Source: Candidatus Uhrbacteria bacterium (lineage in GTDB: Bacteria; Patescibacteriota; Patescibacteriia; JACRJV01). From it: 64,000 nt of DNA. The stretch is from positions 31,955 through 95,954 of the forward strand of contig JACRJV010000026.1 in the NCBI GenBank assembly GCA_016215325.1. The letters are read 5' to 3'. Below the pieces are notes generated by a model that saw only the letters and a list, made by a program, of their open reading frames with translations, was not told where the DNA came from and made no database searches. The position numbers and the translations under genes are program-made. Below are positions 19,751-28,750 of the stretch, one piece after another. Every line of letters begins with the position of its first letter. The stretch's first letter is position 1.

Positions 19751-19786
19751 CAACATTCTCACATTCTCAAGTTTGTAAGGATGTTG
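19751..19786 (+). repeat. 36-bp palindrome family, copy D (overlaps stop of upstream gene)
   Basis: caacattctcacatt-ctcaag-tttgtaaggatgttg; same length and spacing as copies A and B. Confidence 0.7.
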
Positions 19787-20373
19787 TGTGGGAGAGAAAT
19801 AATCCGCTGGCGATATACGGAGATAATTAATGCGATCGCCGACATCAACAGATAGATTTGGAATGCGACATTTTGAATATTCCAGACTGAGATGGATGGC
19901 AGCACTAAGAGGGTCGCCACGAAGACTAATATATAGGTAATCCCAGTTTCGCTATCGGGATAACGCCATGCTTTGACAAGGGTCGGCAGGGTCGCAAACC
20001 CGTCGGCAATCGCAAGCAACAAGATAGCCGCAATTGGTGATTCTAACGCCGCCCAGATAATGAGCGCAATAATAGAAAACAATCCGCAGGCAATATCAAA
20101 TCGGGTGACTTGCCAATAACTGGATGTATTGGAAAATGAACAGAGGAAGATGATGAGTGGCATGAATCCCGCCATAAAGACGCGCGCTAACGCCCATGGA
20201 TCGGCACCGGCCGAGTGCGCAGCGGCAACGGCAACTAGCGGTGCTGCTGCCCAAAGGAACCAGCTGACGCGGTTCGGCTTCGTACGCCCGGCCAGGGTAT
20301 CGATGATATACGCGGATGATCCGACGAGCGATATCGCGATACTCAAGAATACCAATATGTGTTCCAAGCGCAT
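19759..20373 (-). CDS. Hypothetical membrane protein (PQ-loop-like duplication)
   Basis: GRTKPNRVSWFLW and LPTLVKAWRYPDSE motifs; about 7 TM. Confidence 0.75.
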   Translation of the reverse strand: MRLEHILVFLSIAISLVGSSAYIIDTLAGRTKPNRVSWFLWAAAPLVAVAAAHSAGADPWALARVFMAGFMPLIIFLCSFSNTSSYWQVTRFDIACGLFSIIALIIWAALESPIAAILLLAIADGFATLPTLVKAWRYPDSETGITYILVFVATLLVLPSISVWNIQNVAFQIYLLMSAIALIISVYRQRIISLPHNILTNLRM

Positions 20374-20387
20374 AAAGGGATGAATGT

Positions 20388-20792
20388 CTATTCCGTCGGT
20401 TGCGATGTGCGCCAATCCGGGGGCTCAGTGATCCGCAGATAAAACCCAAACGGATCTTCGACCCGAAAATCCCACAACCCCCAGTGTTTTTTTTCAAGCG
20501 GCGTAATAATGTTCATCTTGTCTTTGACGGCGTCATAGAGAGCGCGAACGTCATCAACCGGGATCACAATCTCGACCGCGTAGCCACGCTTGGTTTGCCG
20601 ATCAAATTTTCGGAAGTATGATTGATTATATACCGCGTCGCTGCCTTCGTTAAAACAGAGGATGTACCCCTGCCGCTCCAGCACAAGATACCGATCATCG
20701 CGTCGGGCCACCGTAAATCCAAGCATGCCGTAAAATACAATCGCCGACTCGAAATCCGGGACATGGAGCTCCACAACAAAAGGATGGGGCAT
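20388..20792 (-). CDS. VOC family (glyoxalase/bleomycin resistance) protein
   Basis: ELHVPDFESAIVFY, WGLWDFRVEDPFGFYLR. Confidence 0.88.
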   Translation of the reverse strand: MPHPFVVELHVPDFESAIVFYGMLGFTVARRDDRYLVLERQGYILCFNEGSDAVYNQSYFRKFDRQTKRGYAVEIVIPVDDVRALYDAVKDKMNIITPLEKKHWGLWDFRVEDPFGFYLRITEPPDWRTSQPTE

Positions 20793-20843
20793 ACGAGGGA
20801 ATCATACGTCCAATCCTTACGATCGACAAGCGCTGTTGCTGCA

Positions 20844-21320
20844 CTAGGGTTGTGACGGAACCGGCGGCATCTGGCGATTGTTAAAGAGTTGCGTTGTATC
20901 GCCCACTCGGATCATCCGCGCATTCAAACTCCCATCCTGGTTCGCTGTTCCATTCAAAACAACCGAATCCCCGGCCTTGAGTGCACTGGGCTTGATTGTC
21001 TGCGACTGCGTGACGGTTGTTTCAGAGCCAATCAAAACGATCCGCGATCCTCCGCCGATAAGCTCAACGCGGAGCTCTGTGGCATCCGTACTGATGATTT
21101 TCCCTGTGACGAATTCGTCGTTGCCGCTACCACCAGGACCGCGCATTCGAAACTCTCCACTCCCATTCTGCCCCATCATCCTGCCGGCAAATCGCGAACC
21201 AGCACCAACGCCTGTGGAAGACGTCGATTGTGAACGACCGTACTGCAAGCCGCCGTAAAATGCGCCGCCGGCGACAAGCACTACAGCGGCAACGAAACTG
21301 ATAATCTGTTGTTGTTTCAT
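20844..21320 (-). CDS. Membrane-anchored DUF5666-like (OB-fold) protein
   Basis: AFYGGLQYG, Gly-rich linker, GKIIS...LKAGDSVVLNG...DGSLNA. Confidence 0.7.
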   Translation of the reverse strand: MKQQQIISFVAAVVLVAGGAFYGGLQYGRSQSTSSTGVGAGSRFAGRMMGQNGSGEFRMRGPGGSGNDEFVTGKIISTDATELRVELIGGGSRIVLIGSETTVTQSQTIKPSALKAGDSVVLNGTANQDGSLNARMIRVGDTTQLFNNRQMPPVPSQP

Positions 21321-21351
21321 AGATAATTCATCAATAAACAATTAAACGAAG

Positions 21352-22566
21352 TTATTCATATCGCAACGCATCAATCGGGTGCAATTTCCCAGCCCGACGT
21401 GCCGGGTAAAACCCAAAAATAATACCGATAGAACTGCTCATCCCCACCCCCAACACAACCGACGACGCCGTGACACTCGTATTGATCCCAGCAAACGTAG
21501 TGACGAGTAACGAAAGAAGCCAGCCCAGAAGTATCCCCAAAATGCCCCCTAACAACGTGAGAGCAACCGATTCGGCCAAAAACTGGAGGCTGATTTGCCA
21601 TTGCTTTGCGCCGATCGCCCTACGCAGCCCAATCTCGCGCGTGCGTTCGGTGATCGTCATGAGCATCATGTTCATTATGCCGATCCCACCCACCACCAAC
21701 GAGATGCCGGCGACGGAGCCCAGAAACATCGTGAACGTATTGGTCACCTGGTTGAGGGTCCCCAACACATCCTCTTGAGAAAATATGGAGAAATCGGGTG
21801 CGGCCGGATCCACGCGATGGCGGCTCGCAAGCAACTCGGTCACCTGCGCTTTGACATCCGCCATCTGTGTTTTGTCCGCCACACTCACGGCGATCGTGGA
21901 AACAACGTCTGCCCCGACAAGAATTCTTTGCATTGTCTCCAGCGGCACAAATGCAGTATCGTCGGGATTAAAGAATCCGCTACTGCCTTTGGCAACAGTC
22001 GTCCCAATCACACGGAAATCCATGCGGTTGATACGAATGGTCTTGCCGATTGGGTCTGCGTCACCGAACAAATCCTTTACCGTCGTCGGGCCCAACACCG
22101 CCACACGAGAGAACGCGGCGTTGTGCTGCGATGTTATAAATGTTCCCGCATCTATTGCTAAGGAACGCGCCGTCAAATATCCTGATTCGACGCCGATCAC
22201 ATTGGAATTCGTATTGTTGCCCAGCGACGACGTCATTTGGAACCGGCGATTGAGCTCGGGCGACACCGCCGCAACACCCGCGATACCGGCGATCGCAGAG
22301 GCGTCGTCAATCGAAAGCGGCGCCATGCCGCGGCCGGTCGAAACTCCACCACGGGCATTCGAAAGCGCACCCGGGCTCACCGTCAACAGGTTTGATCCTA
22401 ATCCTTGGATACTGGACTCAATCGACTTTGCTCCGCCCTGCCCAATCGAAACCATCGCAATCACCGAGCCAATCCCGATGACAATACCCAACACCGTGAG
22501 GCCGGTACGAACTTTATTCGAAGTTAAGGCCGAGCCTAATTCAATCGCAAGATCAATCGCGGTCAT
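21352..22566 (-). CDS. MacB-like ABC transporter permease
   Basis: [53 protein letters not shown]. Confidence 0.92.
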   Translation of the reverse strand: MTAIDLAIELGSALTSNKVRTGLTVLGIVIGIGSVIAMVSIGQGGAKSIESSIQGLGSNLLTVSPGALSNARGGVSTGRGMAPLSIDDASAIAGIAGVAAVSPELNRRFQMTSSLGNNTNSNVIGVESGYLTARSLAIDAGTFITSQHNAAFSRVAVLGPTTVKDLFGDADPIGKTIRINRMDFRVIGTTVAKGSSGFFNPDDTAFVPLETMQRILVGADVVSTIAVSVADKTQMADVKAQVTELLASRHRVDPAAPDFSIFSQEDVLGTLNQVTNTFTMFLGSVAGISLVVGGIGIMNMMLMTITERTREIGLRRAIGAKQWQISLQFLAESVALTLLGGILGILLGWLLSLLVTTFAGINTSVTASSVVLGVGMSSSIGIIFGFYPARRAGKLHPIDALRYE

Positions 22567-23246
22567 ATCGTTTTTCGATCCTCGATAATTTCTCCGTCCT
22601 TCAGGCGCACGATACGCGCTGCGTACGCCGCCACGTCTGACTCATGCGTGATAAGCACAATCGTGCGACCATGCTGCCGATGGAGCGACTGGAACGTTTC
22701 CAACACCATTTGGCCCGTTTTGCTATCGAGGTTGCCGGTCGGCTCATCCGCCAAAATCATCACGGGGTCGTTGGCCAACGCACGAGCGATCGCCACCCGC
22801 TGCATCATGCCGCCCGAAATTTGATTGGGCGAATAGTTGTAAAATTTTTCGGGCAAAGCTGCTTTCTCTAAGGCTGCCCGCGCCCGCGGTTCGCGCTGCT
22901 GCCGCGGCACACCGGCATACATAAGCGGCAACATCACATTACGGAGGACTGTTGCACGCGGGAGCAAGTAAAATGCTTGGAACACAAACCCGATGCGGGT
23001 ACTGCGGATCTGCGCCAGCTCATTTTCGTTCATCTCGGTCACGTCTTGGCCATCCAGCGTATACGTCCCGCTGGTGGCAACATCCAAGCACCCCAGTATA
23101 TGCATGAGCGTGGACTTGCCCGAACCGGACTGCCCCATAATCGCGACAAATTCGCCGGTGCCAATGGAGAACGTAATCCCCTTCAAAGCTTCGGTTGGCC
23201 CCGCTTGAGAAGCATAGATCTTGCGGATACTCTGGCAGTCAATCAT
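22563..23246 (-). CDS. ABC transporter ATP-binding protein (LolD/MacB-type)
   Basis: [35 protein letters not shown]. Confidence 0.93.
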   Translation of the reverse strand: MIDCQSIRKIYASQAGPTEALKGITFSIGTGEFVAIMGQSGSGKSTLMHILGCLDVATSGTYTLDGQDVTEMNENELAQIRSTRIGFVFQAFYLLPRATVLRNVMLPLMYAGVPRQQREPRARAALEKAALPEKFYNYSPNQISGGMMQRVAIARALANDPVMILADEPTGNLDSKTGQMVLETFQSLHRQHGRTIVLITHESDVAAYAARIVRLKDGEIIEDRKTI

Positions 23247-23266
23247 ACCGGCAGTCACCCGCCACC

Positions 23267-25081
23267 TCACGGCCGGCGGATCATCATGCCGCCACCGCTG
23301 CCCGCGCCGCCGCCAACCCCGCGGCCAACGCCGGGGAAGCCGAAGAAGGTTCCGTTGGCATTGCCGCTGCCGCCAGCGGTCGCATTCTGCCCGACAACGC
23401 GAGTGACAATGACGTCGCCGGCCGTGAGCCCGCCGGTCACCTCGACGATCGTGTCATTGGCGAGCCCCAACTGGACCGGAACGGACTCTATGGCACTCGT
23501 AAGCGCGACCGGACGATTGCGGTCGACCTCTTCGGCAACGGCGGTATTGACGTTGTCCACGCGCTGTACGACGGAAACATCCCCTTGCGTTTTCACAGCC
23601 CCCAAGGGGACAATGATGGTATCGTTTTTGACATCAACGATGATGGATGCCGAAACGCTCATGCCATGTTTGATCCTCTGGTCTTGCGTATCGAAGACAA
23701 TCTGCACATGATACGTGGTCACCCCTTGCGATATGGTTGCCAGTGTATCGACCTTCGCAACACTGCCGCTGACCGTAAGAGCGGGAATCGCGTCAAATGT
23801 GAGGGTCGCCGCTTGGCCGGTCGCCACCCTCGCCACATCAACCTCGCTCAATGAAATGTCCGCGAGTTTTTGAGCTGTCGTCATTGTTGCAATCACTGTG
23901 GAGGCGCCGGCGCTGTCCCCCACTTGAACCGGAACCGACGCCGCGATGCCGGCGATCGGGCTACGAATTGTATAATCGGAGAGTTGCTCCAACGCGTCGG
24001 TGAGGGCGTTCTGTCGTTGGGTAATTGCCAGCTCTTGTGAGCGGATGTCCAACGCGTCGGCGCCGCTGGTTAACTTTGCGAGGTTGGCCTTCTTTTCGGC
24101 AATGGAACGAACGATATTAGTTGCTGTGTTGGTATTGTTGGCAATCGTCTGACGGACTGTAAGCAGGCTGCTTTGGTGCTGGCTGATCGTATTCGTGTCG
24201 GTATTGAGTGTTGTAATATGCGTGTCTGCGATGGCAACCGGCTTCCGGCCATTCGTGGTTACGGTATCTTTGTAAAACAGGATAAAGTTGTTCAGCTCTT
24301 TTATCGCTTCGCCGGCCAGTTGCGCAGTGTAATGCGTTTGATCAATCAGCGCCTGAATAGCCACGCGATCCGACGACCGCGAGGTCCCCTTGTACGCGAT
24401 AAAATTGGCATCGTAGGAGCTGCGCGATTTCTGGTATGCGGCGATCGCTTGATCGCGATATTTTGTGATCCGACTATCAAATTCGTTCGCGCTGCTCATA
24501 TAATAATCCGTATTCCATTGCGTTGGCGAGAGGTCATTGCCATAGAGAATTTTCTGCAAATTGCTCATGACCGAGGGCAAATCCGTGAAGGCTTCCGCGA
24601 TGGCAGCAAATCCGTCATCATACGCTTTAGCGATTGTCGTTTGAGCTTGTTCTTTATCTTGATAGGCTTGATCAATGGAATTTTGCGCCTGCAAGAGCGT
24701 AAGGGTATCAACTGGTTGTTTGAGTTTTTCCAACGCTAACTGCGCGCTTTGGAGATTCGTCCGCGCATCACGCACTGCCTTTTGCGCGCTGGTGGAATCA
24801 AGCACCGCTAGAGTAGTACCGGCGCCCACACTCGCGCCTTGCTTGATCGGCAACGACCGAATGGTGCCGCCCACGGTGGGCTTCACGTCCACTTGGTTAG
24901 ACGCAGACACTTGGCCGCTGCCAGAAATCGAGACAACGACCGATCCCTTCTCGACAGTTGCGAGCACGTATTGCGGCCCAATGTCAGCAGAAGAATTGCT
25001 CCGCCGCCATACCCAACCACCACCAGCAACGGCCAATGCTGCCACTAACAGTACCCAGCGCTTTGACGCCATCCCAAGCAT
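23267..25081 (-). CDS. Efflux periplasmic adaptor (MacA-like MFP) with long coiled coil
   Basis: N-terminal TM, lipoyl halves, IRSPIAG, LSEVDV, GMSVSASI, Gly-rich tail. Confidence 0.88.
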   Translation of the reverse strand: MLGMASKRWVLLVAALAVAGGGWVWRRSNSSADIGPQYVLATVEKGSVVVSISGSGQVSASNQVDVKPTVGGTIRSLPIKQGASVGAGTTLAVLDSTSAQKAVRDARTNLQSAQLALEKLKQPVDTLTLLQAQNSIDQAYQDKEQAQTTIAKAYDDGFAAIAEAFTDLPSVMSNLQKILYGNDLSPTQWNTDYYMSSANEFDSRITKYRDQAIAAYQKSRSSYDANFIAYKGTSRSSDRVAIQALIDQTHYTAQLAGEAIKELNNFILFYKDTVTTNGRKPVAIADTHITTLNTDTNTISQHQSSLLTVRQTIANNTNTATNIVRSIAEKKANLAKLTSGADALDIRSQELAITQRQNALTDALEQLSDYTIRSPIAGIAASVPVQVGDSAGASTVIATMTTAQKLADISLSEVDVARVATGQAATLTFDAIPALTVSGSVAKVDTLATISQGVTTYHVQIVFDTQDQRIKHGMSVSASIIVDVKNDTIIVPLGAVKTQGDVSVVQRVDNVNTAVAEEVDRNRPVALTSAIESVPVQLGLANDTIVEVTGGLTAGDVIVTRVVGQNATAGGSGNANGTFFGFPGVGRGVGGGAGSGGGMMIRRP

Positions 25082-25091
25082 AGTAAATAAA

Positions 25092-25877
25092 TTAATACTC
25101 CATCATAACACCTCTCTGCATCATTGGGGATGTAACCGGACGATCAAACCGATCGACGCGTCGATTGATCCGGCGAATCCCGCGCGCGGCAATCGTGCCG
25201 TCCATTCGCTTGCCCACAACCACCACCTCATCGCCGTCGATAAAAATCATTCCATCCGGCAAAATTGTTTTTTTGGTGATTACCACCGTCAACGGCATCC
25301 GATCATCCCATTCAAATGGATCCAACCGGAACTGATCTTGGCCATTCCATTGCGCCACAATTCCACGATACCCTTGGTGCAGCCCATAGAGTCGTCGATG
25401 CTGGTACATCATGCCCATGACCGGAACGCGCGAAACCAACCCTTGTTGCTCGAGGCGCTCATGGAGCCGCACACGGCGTATCCCCGCAGCCGCAATACCC
25501 ACAAATAGCAGTAGCGCCACCAACCCGATAATGACGGTCCGTCGGTACCCGCCAAAAAACGTCCGGCGGAAGAATTCGAGCAGGACAATGCCCGCCACGA
25601 CGATTACGATCGCGATCCATGGGGCAGAAACAATGAACTCTTCGACCCCGAGCAGACCCAACGCCAGCAACGACAACGACTGATTGATGGTCACCACAAA
25701 CACCACCCAACTGGCCGCATAGAGCACAACGGCCGCAAGCAACCCATAGCAAACGACGGCGACAACCTTAGTGAACTGGGCGCGCGTGCGCGTGCGCATG
25801 GTGACCTGGCCGTGTTCAATCGAGTCCATCACGCGGTCGACAATCGGCGGTTGATGCGTGGGTTGTTCAGACGTCAT
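25092..25877 (-). CDS. Membrane protein downstream of ECF sigma (candidate anti-sigma)
   Basis: Several TM helices plus OB-like C-terminus; 4-bp overlap with the sigma gene. Confidence 0.6.
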   Translation of the reverse strand: MTSEQPTHQPPIVDRVMDSIEHGQVTMRTRTRAQFTKVVAVVCYGLLAAVVLYAASWVVFVVTINQSLSLLALGLLGVEEFIVSAPWIAIVIVVAGIVLLEFFRRTFFGGYRRTVIIGLVALLLFVGIAAAGIRRVRLHERLEQQGLVSRVPVMGMMYQHRRLYGLHQGYRGIVAQWNGQDQFRLDPFEWDDRMPLTVVITKKTILPDGMIFIDGDEVVVVGKRMDGTIAARGIRRINRRVDRFDRPVTSPMMQRGVMMEY

Positions 25878-26452
25878 AGCGTTATTCCTCGATTGCGAGC
25901 AATAGCTTGCACCATCGACCGTGCCCGATTAAGGCGGACACCAACAGTAGAAACGGGAATATGCAGAATATCCGAAATCTGGCCGTAACTCAAATCATCA
26001 TTATAATACAGCAAAAGCGGTTCACGATATTTTTCTGGCAACTCCTTGAGGCAGTCAAACACCGTATCGTTGAGCTCCGTGCGCAAGATATCGGCATCGG
26101 TCCGTTCTTTTGATATCGGATGGGGCAGCATCACGTCCCAATCCACCGCAAACACTAGTGCACGCTGCTTTTTGCGAAGGACGTTGACAAATTCATTATG
26201 CGCTATCCGATAAATCCATGGGGAAAAAACGCGGCGTGAATCGAATTCTTGGATGTGGGCGTAGGCTTTGATCATGACTTCCTGCACCACATCTTCTTGT
26301 TCTTCCCGCGAGGAAAAGAAAGTTCTGGCATAGCGCAGGAGCTTGGGCGTGAACCGTTCGACAAGCTGGCGGAATGCAAAATGGCTCCCGCGCTGGACTG
26401 CTCGAGCAAGTTGTTCGTCGGGTAATGCTGCGTAGTCGGACGGCGAATCCAT
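25874..26452 (-). CDS. ECF RNA polymerase sigma factor (SigW-like)
   Basis: EDVVQEVMIKAY, FSPWIYRIAHN, LPEKYREPLLL, STVGVRLNRAR. Confidence 0.92.
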   Translation of the reverse strand: MDSPSDYAALPDEQLARAVQRGSHFAFRQLVERFTPKLLRYARTFFSSREEQEDVVQEVMIKAYAHIQEFDSRRVFSPWIYRIAHNEFVNVLRKKQRALVFAVDWDVMLPHPISKERTDADILRTELNDTVFDCLKELPEKYREPLLLYYNDDLSYGQISDILHIPVSTVGVRLNRARSMVQAIARNRGITL

Positions 26453-26471
26453 AGCGGTGTTTGATACCTAT

Positions 26472-26497
26472 TACACCAAAACTTCTATTTTGTTTCA
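26472..26497 (-). promoter_or_regulatory. SigW-like ECF promoter (autoregulatory)
   Basis: TGAAAC (26497-26492), 16 bp, TGTA (26475-26472); B. subtilis SigW consensus is TGAAAC-N16-CGTA. Confidence 0.6.
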
Positions 26498-26502
26498 AAT
26501 CC

Positions 26503-26535
26503 AAAAAACCAGCAGCGCAGATGCTGCTGGTTTTT
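26503..26535 (-). terminator. Intrinsic terminator after amt
   Basis: AAAAAACCAGCAGC-gcagat-GCTGCTGGTTTTT, flanked by A/T runs on both sides. Confidence 0.8.
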
Positions 26536-26556
26536 ATCCCTAGCGGTCGAAGTCTG

Positions 26557-27810
26557 TTACGCATAGGCCTCCTCACCATGCTGGCTGACATCCAGACCAT
26601 GCCCCTCTTCTTCCTTGCTGACACGCACCGGTGTCATCCAATTGGTAATCTTGAGCAATAGGTACGACCCACAGAAGGCAAACGCAGCAACAACCACCGA
26701 GGCGATCAGTTGGGCCATAAACTGCTTGGGGTTACCGTAGAACCAGCCGTTGGCGCCTGCGGAGTTCACGGCGAGCGTGGCAAAGAGTCCGGTTGCTAAC
26801 GCCCCCCAGACGCCGCTGATGCCATGGCAAGCAAATACATCCAGCGAGTCGTCGAGTTGTGTCCGCGTTGTCCGCCAATGCGCAACGAGGTTAGAAAGCA
26901 CCCCCGCGACCAGCCCGATCAAAATGGCAGCACCCACACCCACATACCCCGATGCTGGAGTAATGGCAACGAGCCCACAGACCGCGCCCACAGAAATTCC
27001 GACCGCCGATGGCTTGCCAAGCTTTATCCAATCCGTGATCATCCAGCTCACCGCAGCGGCAGCAGCGGCTAAATTGGTGACCACCAAGGCCGAGACCGCT
27101 AAACCATTTGCTGCTAAGGCGCTGCCCGAGTTAAACCCAAACCATCCAAACCATAGCAGTGCCGTTCCTAAAATCACAAAGGGGATGCTGTTAGGCTTAA
27201 ACTCAATGGGCTGGCCATTTTTGTAATCATGGCGCTTACCGATAAAAATCGCCGCCGCCAAGGCAGAAAACCCCGCCGCAATATGCACCACCGTCCCTCC
27301 CGCAAAATCAATCGCCCCAACAGCCTTGAGCCAACCCGCGGGGTTCCAAACCCAATGCGCAACCGGAGCGTAGATCAGGGTTGCCCATAACACGATAAAC
27401 AACAGCAGTGCTTTAAATCGAATGCGTTCCGCAAATGCGCCAATAATCAGTGCAGGAGTGATGGCCGCAAACTTGAGTTGAAAAAAGAAGAAGAGCAATT
27501 CAGGAATCGTTGCGGCATAGCCTGGGTTGGCGGCAGCGCCAACGCCCGTTAACGCGAATAATGAAAGGTCTCCGATCCAACCGCGCACCGATGGGCCAAA
27601 GGCCAGGGAATATCCCCACAACGCCCACACCAAACTCACAACAGCAAAAATCACAATGCACTGCACTAATGTCGAAACAAGATTTTTTTTGCGCACCAGC
27701 CCTGCATAGAAGAATCCTAATGCGGGCGTCATCAGCATAACCAGTGCGGAGGAGGTCGATACCCAGGCAATGTCTCCGGAATTTAATGCATCCATAGGCA
27801 ATGAGGTCAT
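26557..27810 (-). CDS. amtB: Ammonium transporter (Amt family)
   Basis: LVMLMTPALGFFYAG, DFAGGTVVH, LLWFGWFGFNSGS, GLVAITP, DDSLDVFACHG, GLDVSQHGEEAY; start 27810 or 27795. Confidence 0.95.
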   Translation of the reverse strand: MTSLPMDALNSGDIAWVSTSSALVMLMTPALGFFYAGLVRKKNLVSTLVQCIVIFAVVSLVWALWGYSLAFGPSVRGWIGDLSLFALTGVGAAANPGYAATIPELLFFFFQLKFAAITPALIIGAFAERIRFKALLLFIVLWATLIYAPVAHWVWNPAGWLKAVGAIDFAGGTVVHIAAGFSALAAAIFIGKRHDYKNGQPIEFKPNSIPFVILGTALLWFGWFGFNSGSALAANGLAVSALVVTNLAAAAAAVSWMITDWIKLGKPSAVGISVGAVCGLVAITPASGYVGVGAAILIGLVAGVLSNLVAHWRTTRTQLDDSLDVFACHGISGVWGALATGLFATLAVNSAGANGWFYGNPKQFMAQLIASVVVAAFAFCGSYLLLKITNWMTPVRVSKEEEGHGLDVSQHGEEAYA

Positions 27811-27818
27811 TGAACGAT

Positions 27819-27853
27819 AAAACAAAAAATCCTCAGTGTACAAAACAGAGGAC
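27819..27853 (-). terminator. Attenuator terminator in amtB leader, overlapping ANTAR hairpin P2
   Basis: GUCCUC-UGU-uuugu-ACA-cu-GAGGAU followed by UUUUUGUUUU. Confidence 0.75.
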
Positions 27854-27889
27854 TCCATTGTCCAGGGGCTCGCAGGCACTCCATTGTGC
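27850..27889 (-). promoter_or_regulatory. ANTAR-target dual-hairpin RNA element
   Basis: P1 GCAC-AAUGGA-GUGC (27889-27876), 12-nt linker, P2 GGAC-AAUGGA-GUCC (27863-27850); hexaloops with A1/G4 and a C-G closing pair. Confidence 0.85.
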
Positions 27890-27915
27890 ACATCGGGATG
27901 GTTTGCTCTTCCATT

Positions 27916-27945
27916 ACGCTAGCACAGAGAAAATTTTTGCGTCAA
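27916..27945 (-). promoter_or_regulatory. Sigma70-type promoter of the amtB leader
   Basis: TTGACG (27945-27940), 18 bp, TG-extended TAGCGT (27921-27916). Confidence 0.6.
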
Positions 27946-27954
27946 TGGGGATAA

Positions 27955-28683
27955 CTATTGCGCAATCTCGCTGGCAGTGACAATCGCTTCGGCAACTTCC
28001 TTCAGGCTCTTGCGTAAATCCATACTCTTCTTAAGCAGGAGTTGGTGCGCTTGCGGTTCGGTGAGGGAATACTCTCGCATGAGGATCCCCTTGGCGCGTT
28101 CAATAACTTTGCGCAATTCCAAGGCATCTTTGAGCGTGTTGGTTTCGGAAGACAATCGTGCCATTTCGATCGCCCCCGCCACTTGCCGAGCGATAATTTC
28201 CAAAAATGCAATGGTCTCTTTCGAGTAGCCATGCCGCCTCCGGTGCTGAATATTAATCACTCCAACAACGCGCTTCTGATCTAAAATAGGGATGGAACAA
28301 ATGGCCTCGTACCGATCTTCGGGCAGTGCGGTAAAGACCTTAAACCGATCATCCTGGTAGGCGCGGGCGCCGAGTGCCACCGCCTGTTGATGTTCGGCCA
28401 CCCACCCGGTGATCCCCTCGCCTTTCTTGAGTTGGATGTGACCCAAGACACGCGCGTGCGGGTTCTGCGATGCTTCGAGCACAAGTATGTCCTCGCGCAG
28501 AAGATAAATAAAGCAGGAATCCGCCTGCACGTAGGCATTAACCACGCGGATAATCGAATCGAGCACGTCTTTGAGCGTCCGATCCCAGCGGTACGCGATG
28601 GTTTCACTGATGGCGCGTAATATGGCAATCTCCTTTTCCCGCTGTTTGAGCTTTGCTTTATAATACCCAATGTCTTTGGTCAT
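27955..28683 (-). CDS. GAF-ANTAR RNA-binding regulator
   Basis: GAF (GEGITGWVA, DDRFK, VVGVINIQ) plus ANTAR (RKVIERAKGILM...AHQLLLKKSMDLRKSLKEVAEAI). Confidence 0.92.
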   Translation of the reverse strand: MTKDIGYYKAKLKQREKEIAILRAISETIAYRWDRTLKDVLDSIIRVVNAYVQADSCFIYLLREDILVLEASQNPHARVLGHIQLKKGEGITGWVAEHQQAVALGARAYQDDRFKVFTALPEDRYEAICSIPILDQKRVVGVINIQHRRRHGYSKETIAFLEIIARQVAGAIEMARLSSETNTLKDALELRKVIERAKGILMREYSLTEPQAHQLLLKKSMDLRKSLKEVAEAIVTASEIAQ

Positions 28684-28750
28684 AAGGATGGACGATAGTT
28701 GAAAGAGTTTGTGGTATACTGTACTCTACCATATCATCTTTTGTCCACCT

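Noticed and set aside
16068-19786. 36-bp repeats as a CRISPR array (length fits and a Cas4-like gene is adjacent)
   Set aside because: Copies are hundreds to thousands of bp apart, in mixed orientation and divergent, with no regular spacers or cas1/cas2.
15068-20792. Canonical integron cassette array
   Set aside because: No intI, and no repeated RYYYAAC...GTTRRRY sites; most intergenic gaps are too short for attC.
27811-27891. N-terminal extension of AmtB given in the ORF track
   Set aside because: The region is better explained as the structured leader; Amt similarity starts at MDALNSGD.
27909-27915. Third AATGGA as a further ANTAR loop
   Set aside because: It has no flanking stem and lies at or before the predicted transcription start.
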